64,000 nucleotides of DNA. It comes from Octopus bimaculoides (lineage: Eukaryota). Below are positions 1-12,912 of this stretch, in pieces (within the stretch, counting starts at the first letter, position 1; every line of letters starts with the position of its first letter). The position numbers were made by a program, and so were the translations under genes. Under the pieces are notes generated by a model that was not told the DNA's origin, did no database searches, and saw only the letters and a program-made list of their open reading frames with translations. The stretch is from the NCBI RefSeq assembly GCF_001194135.2, contig NC_068985.1, positions 106,955,133 through 107,019,132 of the forward strand, read 5' to 3'.

Positions 1-224
1 TATTGTTAATGTTAGATTAACTGTGCATAGCCTAGTTTTGGACAGTATAACAGTGACATTTATCTTTGCTTACATTCCATAACCAGAGTTGACATATTAA
101 CAGAATGACTACTTTTATATTATCTTTCTGCAATCTGCTTCCAAAATGAACAACTGGGAATTTTTAATAGGCACTTCAAACATCATCACAAGGGTTTCTT
201 GAGCATGTACAGTGGCTATAGTTA

Positions 225-1030
225 TGATAGCTGAAACAAGGAGAACATTTAGGATTCTAGAGTTTTGTGTTGAAAATGACTTAACCATTTGCAATACACA
301 AGAAACTGGCTACCATCTGATCTCCAGCCAGTCGGATAAACACACAAGTGGACAAACTTTATTCTCACCAAGGAATGAGATAAGCAGACAGTTGTAAATG
401 TTAGGTCATTCCCCGGAGAAGAATATACCATTCTACAGAGATTAGTGATTAGTGGCCTTAAGAATTAGGTGGACTTGGAGACTAAAAGTTAATTTGGAGA
501 AAGAAGACATGGAAACTGGAAGAGCTATGAAATAACAGCAGGTTTAGAAATGAATTAAGTGGTGCATCTGATGAGATAAAGTAGATTTAAAAAAAATATA
601 GCATAGCGGACAAGGGGCTCCTGTGGGACAACTTGCAGAGAGTGACAGACCAGATTTGGGCTGGTATAAGGTTACAGCAAAAAGATGGTGGTGGGATAGT
701 TCTGTAGAGAGAACCATAAAGGTTAAGACACTGTCCTGGAAAGACTGGAAGAAGTTGGAGTAGCAAAGAACAATACCAAATAGTAAGAAAAGATAGATAT
801 CAGATGTATTTAGCAAAAAGAGGAGCTGAAAGCAAAACTGGATTGTAAAACAGGGTGTGTAAAATAAAATCATCAAGATGTCAATGTGAAGAAACATGCA
901 TGGAATGAGAATAACACACTTATTCTTACAATCACTAAAAAAAAAAAGAGACATGAGAGATTGATGGATGAGGAGGATGCATGAGAGAAAGAGGATCTCT
1001 TGAAGAGTGGACCCAACAAAGAGACGAACC
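225..1030 (+). mobile_element. Decayed RTE-clade LINE fragment (APE endonuclease C-terminus and linker)
   Basis: Broken-frame peptides ILEFCVENDLTICNT (ORF 212..397) and RWWWDSSVERTIK (about 685-720) fit the RTE EN/linker region; the WWW motif matches VTWWWN in the minus-strand copy near 10700. Confidence 0.7.
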
Positions 1031-1089
1031 ATTTAAGCTAACAACATTATTGTAGATAGATTGATTAAGGATATGGACATAGTCTTGGT

Positions 1090-1745
1090 TATGGTGGACT
1101 TATGTACTGCGAACAATGGTGAGGAGACACGACATTTTGCTTGTTGCTGATGATTCTCAGAACCATCACAGTGGCTTGGAATTTCGTATGCATGACCATT
1201 GGAACCTCATTCAGGTTTCTGCATAACCATGTCATTCCTTCAGTGTACCTTTTGGTCCTGACTGAAGTTTTCCTCCTTGGAGAAAAGCCAAAGCATTCCA
1301 GCCTCTTGGTGTTTTAATTTATTTAGCAAGACCTTTATATAGATTGAACAATTCTCTCTTGTCACATCCAATATAAACTGACCCTCCACATCAAACACAA
1401 TTTATATCAGATGTCCTTATACACATCTCTTCTGATGGTACATTTTGAAATCTTCAAGTCCCTAGCAATGGCTCTGATTGCTTTTCTGGGGATTTTTATC
1501 AATATTTCTTGGACTCTTTGTACAAAGTTATGTGCTCTGACGTTATTAGGACCCTATGCATGTGTTTTGCATTTAACTACTAATGTCGGGGCCTTGTGAT
1601 TAGCTTCCAGCTCCTTCCCAACTTTGACAACAAAGGATCTGGCAACTTTCAGGAATCAAGCTATCTCTGTATCTCCATGTTGTGCTTTTAAGGCAACAAT
1701 TACAGTGAACCTTTTTATTTGCTGAGTCAACTTAATGGTTGATTT
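1090..1745 (-). mobile_element. Decayed Tc1/mariner-type transposase, N-terminal part
   Basis: Minus-strand pieces such as FTVIVALKAQHGDTEIA and FLKVARSFVVKVGKELEAN resemble the HTH-bearing N-terminus of Tc1/IS630-like transposases; frame broken. Confidence 0.45.
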
Positions 1746-2327
1746 CATTAAGCTGAAAAGTAAAGTGAAAATAATAAGCTAGAAGAAAGAGCTGACACAC
1801 TGTGTATATATATGTGTGTATATGTGTGTGTGTGTGCATGTATACACACACACACACGCACACACATATATATATATACATATACAGTATATATGATGTA
1901 TATATATATACAGATGATATATATATATATATACAAAGTATGGGGGTTTAGTTCACAGATGATCTAAACGATTAGGTGCACTAGTTAAGTGCTGTAACAG
2001 ATCACGAGGGCTCCAAGGTTATAGCTGAGATGGTAATTATGGAGCCATTGCAAAATTATATATATATATATATACACACACAGAAAGAGAGAGAGATTAT
2101 ATATTTATTGATAAATACACACACACATACACATACACACATGCACACACACTTCATAAACAGATGTCACTGGTCTCACAGTACTCAGTATGCAGTTTCA
2201 CTTTAGCATAGTTTTTGGTCTTTGCCATTTTCTTTTCACTTTACATATTACATGTAGGAATGCAAAGAGAACTTTTATATCAAAAACAAAAAAAAAATGG
2301 TTTCAAAACATCAAAAATTCAAAATCG

Positions 2328-2359
<32 letters not shown>

Positions 2360-2439
2360 GTCCTTTTTATGCTGTAATATATTAGATGACTGCTTCATAA
2401 TGACATTATTTATTAATAGAGTTGTTAATCTATGATTGA

Positions 2440-3110
2440 ATAAAAATACCCTTTCGTTTCATTGGCATGCAAATAACATATTTGGTTTTATCAAACTTTG
2501 TTCTTGGAGCTGAAATTTATGCAAAAGAAAATGATATTGACTTAAAAATTTTATTACTAATTGATAACATTCCAGCACATCCATGTGATTTAGAACACTC
2601 TAACATTAAAGTCCTATTCTTAACACCCGATATTACATCATTTATCCAACCGTTAAATCAAAGCATAATTTGTAATTTTAAGAGAAATTATGTCAAATAT
2701 CCATATAAAAAAATACTGATTGATATGGAAGAAAAGTGCTTAACCGTTTTAGAAGTATGGAAAAATTATAATAATTTCCATTGTGTAGAGATAATTGCCA
2801 TAGCAATTCATGAAATTAAGGAAGTCACCTGAAGTATATGTCAAAAAAGCACTTTTATTGGGATTCATTCTGAATAGTAGGGATACAAAACAAAGAAAAA
2901 AGAAGAAGAAATCTAAACTCAAGCATAAATTAATATTGCCAATTCAATAAGAGGTGAAGTATTGGATGATTTAGTTGTTGAAGAAATTTAAAGTATATTT
3001 TTTTTAGAACAGAAATTGAATGAAGAAGATTTAGTTGACAGTCACCTTAACTATTAATGATAAAAGTATGTGTGATTTTGATGAACCATTCTCACTGATA
3101 TAATGAAGAT
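2440..3110 (+). mobile_element. Tigger/pogo-family DDE_1 transposase remnant
   Basis: ORF 2467..2832 has KILLLIDNIPAHP...IKVLFLTPDITSFIQPLNQSIICNFK, matching the Tigger motif LLLDNAPGHP...FLPPNTTSLIQPLDQGII; degenerate continuation to about 3110. Confidence 0.8.
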
Positions 3111-3364
3111 TGAGGTGATTTTGATAGACTTGTGAATATAGATACATACATACACACACATGCAAACACACACATAGTTTTATGTAAAAGGCAACCATGT
3201 TGGTGACACGTAAAAGGCATCTACTTCACTCATGGAGCACTTGGACCTATGTGAAATTAAATGTTTTGCACAAAAACACAATGCATTGCCTGGCCCTGGA
3301 ATCGAAACCACAATCTTATGATCATGAGTGCAACACTCTAACTGCTAATCCATGTGCCTCCACA

Positions 3365-3600
3365 CATCATCATCATCATTTTCCATGCTGGCATGGGATG
3401 TACAGTTCAACAGGAGCTGGCCAGCTGAAGAGATGCTCAGGCACCATGTCTGTTTTGGCATAGTTTCTACAGCTGGATGCCCTTCCTAATGCAAACCACT
3501 CTACAGAGCGCACTGGGTACTTTTATGCAGTTCTAGCATGGGTGCTATTTAGTGACACCAGTGCAAGTGCTTTTTACATGGCACTAACACTCACAAGTCC
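3365..3600 (-). mobile_element. RTE-LINE 3'-UTR/tail copy
   Basis: Has the family motif tttctacagctggatgcccttcctaatgc and a catcat tail, as in 11325-11815, 31376-31880 and 48825-49330. Confidence 0.7.
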
Positions 3601-3771
3601 GCAAGATGAGGAACACTTAGAGAGGGATAAAGGGGACATGCCTATATGTAAGGACAACCATGCTTTTATGTAGGTGGACATGTTTTCTCAAGCACAACAA
3701 AGGGCCGTGAGTCTCAATCCCTAATCATCCCTCTGTGAAGCCCAATGTCTGAAGATCTTTTCTCACATCAA

Positions 3772-3816
<45 letters not shown>

Positions 3817-3897
3817 ATGTGTATGCATATGCTCCGTTGGATGTGTAATGTCAATGTGAATACCCGTCAGAGTGTAAGTATCTTGAGAGAAAAGCTG

Positions 3898-4740
3898 NNN
3901 NNNNNNNNNNNNNNNNNNNNNNNNNNNNNNNNNNNNNNNNNNNNNNNNNNNNNNNNNNNNNNNNNNNNNNNNNNNNNNNNNNNNNNNNNNNNNNNNNNNN
4001 NNNNNNNNNNNNNNNNNNNNNNNNNNNNNNNNNNNNNNNNNNNNNNNNNNNNNNNNNNNNNNNNNNNNNNNNNNNNNNNNNNNNNNNNNNNNNNNNNNNN
4101 NNNNNNNNNNNNNNNNNNNNNNNNNNNNNNNNNNNNNNNNNNNNNNNNNNNNNNNNNNNNNNNNNNNNNNNNNNNNNNNNNNNNNNNNNNNNNNNNNNNN
4201 NNNNNNNNNNNNNNNNNNNNNNNNNNNNNNNNNNNNNNNNNNNNNNNNNNNNNNNNNNNNNNNNNNNNNNNNNNNNNNNNNNNNNNNNNNNNNNNNNNNN
4301 NNNNNNNNNNNNNNNNNNNNNNNNNNNNNNNNNNNNNNNNNNNNNNNNNNNNNNNNNNNNNNNNNNNNNNNNNNNNNNNNNNNNNNNNNNNNNNNNNNNN
4401 NNNNNNNNNNNNNNNNNNNNNNNNNNNNNNNNNNNNNNNNNNNNNNNNNNNNNNNNNNNNNNNNNNNNNNNNNNNNNNNNNNNNNNNNNNNNNNNNNNNN
4501 NNNNNNNNNNNNNNNNNNNNNNNNNNNNNNNNNNNNNNNNNNNNNNNNNNNNNNNNNNNNNNNNNNNNNNNNNNNNNNNNNNNNNNNNNNNNNNNNNNNN
4601 NNNNNNNNNNNNNNNNNNNNNNNNNNNNNNNNNNNNNNNNNNNNNNNNNNNNNNNNNNNNNNNNNNNNNNNNNNNNNNNNNNNNNNNNNNNNNNNNNNNN
4701 NNNNNNNNNNNNNNNNNNNNNNNNNNNNNNNNNNNNNNNN
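3898..4740. other. Assembly gap (others: 9226-9771, 14647-14817, 19949-20463, 25364-25373, 30256-30265, 34591-35361, 35539-35835, 40444-40707, 44501-44510, 45299-45308, 49808-49817, 50760-50769, 60398-61248)
   Basis: Runs of n read directly; many abut (TA)n or repeat copies. Confidence 1.
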
Positions 4741-4787
<47 letters not shown>

Positions 4788-4838
4788 TTGGTAAATCATA
4801 AATCTGAAAAAGAAGCACGCTCTAAGTTATAGAGCAGT

Positions 4839-5269
4839 ATAGATAAAGCCAGTCTATGGGATTACTCTGGGTTTCATATCCATAAAGTTCTTAGCTTTAC
4901 AGCATATCATCAGACCCCAAAACCTGTTTGCACATGGCCTCTCTAGCAAGTGGCCTCTCAAGAAAATGGAAGAGGTAAAGACTTTGTTGCTCTATGTTCG
5001 CACTTTGTTACTTTATGTTGGCACTTCATAAAATTCCTGCTGGCATCCTGGGACCCACACAATAACAGTCAATTACAAATTACAGCCGAAGGGAGACGAT
5101 CCCCTGTTGTTGACATAGTGTAACAGTCTTTTCCTCCTCCATTTTCTAGGGAGGCCACTTCCTAGAGAGGCCATGAACCAACAGGTTTTGGGGTCTGATA
5201 ATACCCTGTAAAGTTAAGCATTTTATGGACGTGAAACTCAACGTAATCCCATAGACCAGCCTTATCTAT
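4839..5269. mobile_element. Fold-back/MITE-like element with about 155-bp inverted arms
   Basis: Left arm atagataaagccagtctatgggattac...ttgttgctctatg is the imperfect reverse complement of right arm catagtgtaacag...gtaatcccatagaccagccttatctat; spacer about 115 bp. Confidence 0.75.
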
Positions 5270-5274
5270 CTTCA

Positions 5275-5275
<1 letters not shown>

Positions 5276-5370
<95 letters not shown>
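5276..5370. repeat. (TA)n microsatellite, representative of many (e.g. 4741-4786, 37205-37260, 30266-30310)
   Basis: Direct reading. Confidence 0.95.
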
Positions 5371-6679
5371 CACACATATTTGCAAGTAAGTTATACATAT
5401 ATATACATACATATCATGTATGTATATATATATATATATGCATACATACACACACGCGCACGCATACATAAATAAATATATATGCATTCAATCATTCATG
5501 CATAAACAAGCACATCATCAACACATGCACAGACCAATAAGAGATGTAGAGATGTGTGTGTGTGTGTGTAGTTTATATTTATGTACGTTTGTGTGTGTGT
5601 GTGTGATTGTGCGTATGTGTGGGTGTGTGTATGTGTGTGTGCATGGCTATTAACATGCACACCACAAGCCTTTGATTCATTTAACTTCTGACTATTTACC
5701 ATCTAATTAAGACTCTTGTTTTCTCATTATTACACTACACCACCACCTACACTTGTCAAGCTGCCCTCTTCTACTCTCACTCACACCCATCCAAATTCCA
5801 CTCCACACACACACTCTGCACATCTCCACCTCCACTCTCTTCCCTTGTTCTCCCACCATCCTGCACCAACTAGTCTATAAGTAAGTATTATGTGTACCCT
5901 CAATGTTTTACAATCATCCGACACACATGAACCATCCTTTAATTAACTGAGCTGTTATTTTTCTCTGCTGTGTCTATTATCTTAAGGCATCACTGTCTTA
6001 TGCAAATCTACTTGTCATTGACATTATACTGAAACCAGATGGACATTAACAGTACATTTGCTTGGCAAGGGGTATTTAAAATGTTACAACAATTGCTTTT
6101 GTTTTCCAGTGTGTTTCATTTGATGCCCTCCTTTCTTTCTTCTTTTAACCTTCTGACCTTCCTGCTTATATATCATAACATGGATTGACAAAAAACACAA
6201 TATATAGACACTTATGACATACCATGTCATATCAACAATTAAGATTTCAAATTTAAAGGACATTTAGCAATTGGAGAAGGGATCAAATCTTACAGCTGTT
6301 TCGGCCTATCGTTGGCATGCCCCATTCTATCTCTATAGCTTTCATAGGCTCACACACATACACATGAACATGTGTATATATGTATGTGTGTATGTGTATA
6401 TTGAAGTGTTTGTGTGTATCCTTGTCTAGTCATGACTGTAAACAAACATCACTGTCACACAAGTGATGTTCACTTCTAGTCTTCCATGAAAAACATGTCT
6501 GGCTAAGGGGAATATTACCTTGCTTGGAGACAGGAAAGATTCAGTGACAGGAGGAGCATCCAGGTGTTGAAAATTTGCTTCTAAGAATTCTGTTTGTTCC
6601 ATGCAAGCATAGCAAAATGGGCATTAAAACAATGGGAACTCAAGGCAATCCAATGTCACTATACAAAAAGAGTGACTCA

Positions 6680-7330
6680 GTGCAACAGATGTACCACTGG
6701 GAGAGGCTCTACTCGCTGGAAAGAAAATGCAAGAAATATGCAGTGATATATATATTGGGTCATCCCATAAATAATGCAGTTTTTTTTCAATTGCATGAAG
6801 TAAAAGTTGGAGGGGGATGAGATGAACTATCTACATCAACTTGCAGGTAGTAATTTTATCATGTATCTATTCTTAGTGCAAGTTTTAAAGAGTCCCCAAT
6901 TTTATCAGTTATTTTTCCAAAGCTATAATGGAAGTGACAAAGGGACATATTTTAATTTATGAGTTCAATAAAGGCAACACTGTAATGGAAAGTGCAAGGA
7001 ATATTAATGAAGTATGTGGAGATTGGACAATAAGCAAAAGCCAGTGTCAACAGTGGTTCCAGGCTAAATTGAGATTGAAAACTACACCAACCACCAAACT
7101 AGACATCACTACATAGTACCAAAGATCCCATCCTTTCCATCTAGAGTAAGGACCCAGTATTGTAACAACTGAGGTTTGAAGAACCTGCAACCTTTCAAGA
7201 CTCTGCTGAAAACCTCAGAGATATGTAAGGTGTAGATGTGAATGTTTTCAAAGAACATTTGGAGAAATTTCTGTCTGCGGTACCAGATGAACCCACATTG
7301 CAGCAGGAAATACAAAGAAAAATACCTCTA
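6680..7330 (+). mobile_element. CR1/L2-like LINE RT C-terminal remnant, interrupted by a mariner fragment
   Basis: QQMYHWERLYSLERKCKKYAVIYI (to 6754), then catagtaccaaagatccca...gtaccagatgaaccc (7092-7295), collinear with the minus-strand copy at 24467-24904. Confidence 0.7.
6755..7061 (+). mobile_element. Mariner 5' end (TIR-like start plus HTH exon of transposase), 3'-truncated
   Basis: Starts after a TA run with ttgggtcatcccataaataatgc; ORF 6928 MEVTKGHILIYEFNKGNTVMESARNINEVCGDWTISKSQCQQWFQ fits the mariner Mos1-type HTH. Confidence 0.75.
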
Positions 7331-7912
7331 TTTGACTTGTTATTTCACCAGAAATAGTTCCAGAGAGAAAGCCAAGTAATGAGTGTGAGATAAAAACCAA
7401 TCACATTAAATGTGACGCTCTGGCATGGCCACAGCCTCTGGCATGGCCACAGCCTCTGGCTTAAAAGAGTAGAGATAAAAAGATAAAAGATACACACACA
7501 CACTCACTTATATGTGTAATAAAATGAAGCTGTGTATATTGATATTTAACAACTATGTGTACATTCAATCATGAAAAGATTTTACTGCAATAATTGTCTG
7601 AAAGAAATTCTTTGCATAGGCATAAAGTCTTTAAATGATGTCATTGAAATGTAAGATTCATGTTTCTGTGTGATTACACTTCATCAATTACAGACACTGA
7701 TTTGGTTGTCCACAGTCCTATGTAAGAAGAGCTGCCATTCTTTAATATAAACAGCAAAAAATATATTTGTTGGAGTGTGCTAAGCTCAGTCAAGCTGAAA
7801 TTAATTAAAAGCACACTAACCAAAATCAAAATCAAATAAAGCTGTCTAAAGCTCATGTGTGCTTTGGATAATTTCCTCTCCAAGAAAATTATATGTGCAT
7901 ATGTATGTTAAC

Positions 7913-8134
7913 CAAAGCATACAGTATCATAGATCCATTTCAGCTCATCTTACCAATTAGACTCGCACTGGCTATTAGATAACAGTGTAATTATGAAATA
8001 GCCAGTGCTATTACAGGGCAGTTACCTAATATAACATGGCAGTTACATAATAGCCATGCATTCCTCAGAGATGGCAGGTTTGGAAACCTATTGGTAAGAT
8101 CAGCTGGAATGGATCTATAATACTGTATACTTTG
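7913..8134. mobile_element. MITE-like element with about 45-bp TIRs and an internal hairpin
   Basis: caaagcatacagtatcatagatccatttcagctcatcttaccaat vs attggtaagatcagctggaatggatctataatactgtatactttg; inner gcactggctatt...aatagccagtgc. Confidence 0.7.
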
Positions 8135-8342
8135 ATAATATACCCACTCTGATAATAAATATAGGAATGCACCTTTTCTCTGACATATGAATTCTTAGGT
8201 AACTGTGTGTGTGTGTGTGCGTGTATGTGTGTGTGTGTGTGTTTGTGTTTGTGTATGTGTGTGTATGCATGCATGCATGTATGTACATATATATAGTTAT
8301 GCATGTGTTTGTGTGCGTGTGTGTTGTGTGTGTGCGTGTGTG

Positions 8343-8376
<34 letters not shown>

Positions 8377-8969
8377 CTTTGCTGATACATTTAAACAAAT
8401 GACAAAAACATCAGTGAAATAAAACTAAGACAGGAAATAAAAAAAAAACAGTGTTTATAAATGAAGTTCCTTGTGATATTTGTTCTACATCAAGTTATTG
8501 ACACTCCCTTGCCTCAATCATCATCAGAAATATGTGAACCAGTGACTGACCTACAAGAAAAATCTTGTAACTGATGATGCTAGTAATTGGGATATAAAAT
8601 TAAAATAAATGAATAAATACATGTGCTTTAATTAAATGACCTACATATCTTCCCCAGCTCTCAGTGTCTTCACCATTTCTTGGCTGCTATAATCAAAGAA
8701 GAGCTCTTCAGTAGGAAATATAAATAACTTCAGTGTTATTATATAAGTCATATTTCTGACCAGATGATGGACACTTATAATAACAGGCTGTAATGTCTCT
8801 CACTTCAGCTGTGTTAAGTTGCTGTTCATAATCCTGGAGTTGGTAGGGACTGGAGGAGTTAGTCTTAATAATAATCTTGGTACTGGTGAGAATGTTGCCA
8901 GTCGTGATGATGCTGGGTTGATAGTGCAAGAGTTAGTGATGGTGGTTGTTGGTAGAGATGATGGTGTTG

Positions 8970-9004
<35 letters not shown>

Positions 9005-9774
9005 GGTGGTGGTGGTGGTGGTGATGATGAGAGTGTTGGGGACATAGGGATTATTCGATAACAATGAGTATTGTTGTATTGTCAGACATGACACTAAATC
9101 TCACCCCTGTGGTATCTACAATAAGATGATTGGTGTTGTGTATAAAGGTTTGAACACAGCTAATTTCTCTTGGAGAGAAGCAGGTTGTTGATCTTTTATC
9201 ATGTTTATATATGCATGTAAGTATGNNNNNNNNNNNNNNNNNNNNNNNNNNNNNNNNNNNNNNNNNNNNNNNNNNNNNNNNNNNNNNNNNNNNNNNNNNN
9301 NNNNNNNNNNNNNNNNNNNNNNNNNNNNNNNNNNNNNNNNNNNNNNNNNNNNNNNNNNNNNNNNNNNNNNNNNNNNNNNNNNNNNNNNNNNNNNNNNNNN
9401 NNNNNNNNNNNNNNNNNNNNNNNNNNNNNNNNNNNNNNNNNNNNNNNNNNNNNNNNNNNNNNNNNNNNNNNNNNNNNNNNNNNNNNNNNNNNNNNNNNNN
9501 NNNNNNNNNNNNNNNNNNNNNNNNNNNNNNNNNNNNNNNNNNNNNNNNNNNNNNNNNNNNNNNNNNNNNNNNNNNNNNNNNNNNNNNNNNNNNNNNNNNN
9601 NNNNNNNNNNNNNNNNNNNNNNNNNNNNNNNNNNNNNNNNNNNNNNNNNNNNNNNNNNNNNNNNNNNNNNNNNNNNNNNNNNNNNNNNNNNNNNNNNNNN
9701 NNNNNNNNNNNNNNNNNNNNNNNNNNNNNNNNNNNNNNNNNNNNNNNNNNNNNNNNNNNNNNNNNNNNNNNNCC

Positions 9775-10047
9775 TAAAGTTCCACGAGGATCCGGCAGGG
9801 GATGGTGGCGAACCCTGCTGTACTCTTTCATCACAATTTTCTCTCACTCTTTCTTCCTGTTTCTGTTGTGCCTGTAATTCAAAGGGCCAGCCTTGTCACA
9901 CTCTGTATCATGCTGAATCTCCCTGAGAACTACGTTAAGGGTACACGTGTCTGTGGAGTGCTCAGCCACTTGCACGTTAATTTCACGAGCAGGCTGTTCC
10001 GTTGATCGGATCAACTGGAACCCTCATCTTCGTAACAACGGAGTGCC
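9775..10047 (+). mobile_element. SINE 3' part, same family as 36325-36642
   Basis: Shares caaagggccagccttgtcaca...gctgaatctccctgagaactac...ggagtgc with 36478-36640. Confidence 0.7.
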
Positions 10048-10129
10048 AACATATATATATATATATCACAAGTCCGCTTAACACTGTGTGGTGACCACAA
10101 CTGAGAGCAATATATATATAATATATATA

Positions 10130-10862
10130 TATATATTGTAGCAGTTGACTATGATGCTGCTACACCAGTTATTGGGTATGACTCCTTCATGAACCACCTG
10201 ATTTACAATACAGGTGACTAGACCATAACCCACACCACCAGATATTTTAAGCATCTCAGCAGTGATTCTTGATGGGCTGGGGGCTTTCCCTGTTTTCATA
10301 TCCTTAATTGTTTTATCTACCAGGGTACTGTCAATTCGGGTAGCTGGTCCCTCAGTTGGGTCAACATTCGGCAGACTTTCTTCCTCCCATTCATTCTCCA
10401 TGTTCAGCAGTCTTTCATTATGGTATATCCAAGTCTCTTTCTTTGAAGACTCATTAAAAGTAAGTGTGCCATCATCCATGCAGACACATTTTTCTCAGAT
10501 GACATCACAATATTCTATCACACACTGTCTTGCAATCCGAAATACTTCAGTTCGTTGGTCCTTCTTTTTTTGCTTCTCCCTTGGCTAGATATACCTATCT
10601 CCTAGCTTACCTTCTGGCTATCTGACACAGTTCCCTGCTGCTGCCACTCTTCCAGACCTTCCAGGCCTGTTTTTCGCTGTAATGGCTCTGTCTATGGTAT
10701 TGTTCCACCACCATGTTACCCTAGGTCTGGAAGGGACTTTTCACCACCCATGGATTTAGTCTGTGGCACTCAGCAAGCTATCCTACAGGAATTCCCAGTT
10801 GCCCTCTATGTCACAAGTTTGTAGCTGCTCCTCCTTCTCATCAAATTTCTCAATTAGGATGT
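10130..10862 (-). mobile_element. RTE-clade LINE ORF fragment (linker and RT N-terminus)
   Basis: ORF 10078..10479: ERLLNMENEW...KTGKAPSPSRITAEMLKISG...GVIPNNWCSSIIVNCY; upstream VPSRPRVTWWWN. Confidence 0.85.
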
Positions 10863-11324
10863 CCCTATATATATATAGATAACATTCTTAAGTTTTTTAA
10901 AAATACAGCTTTTCAAGTGAACATATCAAACATCTTTTTTTTGACTGTGTAAGTTTTTTCTTTATGTCTGTATTTAAAAAAAATACATTTTAGTAGAAAT
11001 TGAAGATAACCCACCAAACACACCATAAATCATTCCAGTGTTGGTTTATGAAACTTTTATGCACTGGTTATATTTCCTGTGAAGATTATTATCTCCCCTG
11101 TGCTTCTCTCTGTCTTTTTCTGAATGTGTGTGCTCATTCTAACATCAATTGCAATGAAAGCAATAACCAAACTAGGTGAAATAAATCAATATTTTGGCCA
11201 GGAAACCCAGGGTCGCTATATGTCACAAGGTTTTTTGTGGTTTTTATTATAACACCTGTACTCTCTTAACTGGTTGAATGCTATACTACTTGTTGAAACA
11301 TTACCTCCCAGTATGTATCATCAT

Positions 11325-11815
11325 CATCATCATCATCATCATTGTCTAACATCCGCTTTCCATGCTGGCATGGGCTGGACAGTTTGACTGAGGACTGGTG
11401 AGCCAGAAGGCTGCACCAGGCTCAATCTGATCTGGCAAAGTTTCTACAGCTGGATGCCCTTCCTAATGCCAACCACTTTGAGAATGTAGTGGGTGCTTTT
11501 ACGTGCCACCAGCATGAGGGCCTGTCAGGCGGTTCTGGCAATGACCACACTCAAAAGGTGTTTTTACATGCTACCTGCATAGGAGCCAGTTCGGCGGCAC
11601 TGGCAATGACCACGCTCGAATGTTGTTTTTCATGTGCCACCGGCATATGTGCCACCGGCATATGTGCCACCGGCATATGTGCCACCGGCATATGTGCCAC
11701 CGGCATATGTGCCACCGGCATATGTGCCACCGGCATATGTGCCGGTAAGGCGATGCTGGCAACGATCACGCTCAAATGGTGCTTTCCACGTGTCACCAGC
11801 ATGGGAGCCAGTGCT
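11325..11815 (-). mobile_element. RTE-LINE 3'-UTR copy containing an expanded 15-bp repeat
   Basis: (CAT)n tail at 11318-11343, ccatgctggcatgggctggacag...gaagg...tttctacagctggatgcccttcc, then ggtgctttt(t)acgtgccacc subrepeats. Confidence 0.8.
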
Positions 11816-12413
11816 GGTGTATCTCAGGCAACATGGTTATAACCAACAAATTTCATCTGACCCATGCAAGCATGGAAAAGTAGATGTTGAAATGACAATG
11901 ATATTGATGATGATGATGATATCAGTTTCATCCTCCTCATCATTTAATGTTTGTTTTCCATGGTGGCTTAAGTTGGACAGTCTGGTGAGATCTGTCAAAC
12001 TCCAGTATCTGCTATCTTATGATCCCTATGGCTGTATGAATTTCCTAATGCTAACCACTTTACACAATGTACTGGATGCTTTATGGCACCAGCATTAGTA
12101 AGGTCACCAAGTTACTTGCAAGACAAAGAAAAAAAACCCTTGATTGAGTGGGGTTCTAACAGATAGGGAAGTGGCTTTATGCCAGTTCTTGCAAGGTTAA
12201 TGTATGATACAGGGGCAGGCACAGGTCTCGTGCTATAGAGGAGATACATAGCTCCCTTGTATTAATATAAGGGTAGGTGAGAGTAACTAGAAATAAGACA
12301 ATAATGATAGTGAGATGTCAGAGCATACTCTCAAGATACAAGAAGGCAAGTATGATAGAATATTTATGCACATGTGTGTAAATGTGTGTGCATGTGCATG
12401 TGTGCGTGCGTGC

Positions 12414-12454
<41 letters not shown>

Positions 12455-12459
12455 TGCAT

Positions 12460-12685
12460 CTTTTATATTTCACTTGTTTCAGTCATTTGAGTGTGGCCAT
12501 GCTGGGGCACCACCTTGAAGGGTTTTTGTCAAACAAATTGACTTCAAGACTTGTTTTTTTTAAACCTAGTATTTATCTTATTGGTTTCTTGCTGAAGTGC
12601 TAAGTTACAGGGATGTAAACACACCAACATCAGATGTCAAGCCATGGTGGGGGACAAACACAGGCACAAAGACACACTTACATAG

Positions 12686-12740
<55 letters not shown>

Positions 12741-12912
12741 CACATATGAGATGAGCTTCTTCCAGTTTCTGTCCACCAGATCCACTCACAAGGCTTTGGT
12801 TGACCCAAGATTATTGTAGAAGACACTTGCCCAAGGTGTCATGCAGCAGAATTGAACCTGGAACTATGTGGTAGGGGAAGCGAGCTTCATACCACATAGC
12901 CACTCCTACGCC
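12460..12912 (-). mobile_element. tRNA-headed SINE (family A), older full-length copy with internal (CA)n
   Basis: Collinear with the reverse complement of 58203-58606; internal (CA)n at about 12688-12745. Confidence 0.8.

Noticed and set aside
544-1032. 162-aa hydrophobic minus-strand ORF
   Set aside because: Antisense shadow of the purine-rich RTE relic on the plus strand.
3745-4818. Long ORFs of 200-450 aa here and at 9116-9926, 19864-20559, 34541-36157, 60241-61446
   Set aside because: They are open only because they span N-gaps (poly-X); no coding evidence.
8800-9061. Poly-Ser/Gly/Pro ORFs
   Set aside because: Produced by (AGT)n(GGT)n microsatellites; no convincing exon context.
11632-11742. 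CRISPR-like appearance of regular repeats (also 42057-42144, 63879-63986)
   Set aside because: Head-to-tail units without unique spacers, no cas genes, eukaryotic context.
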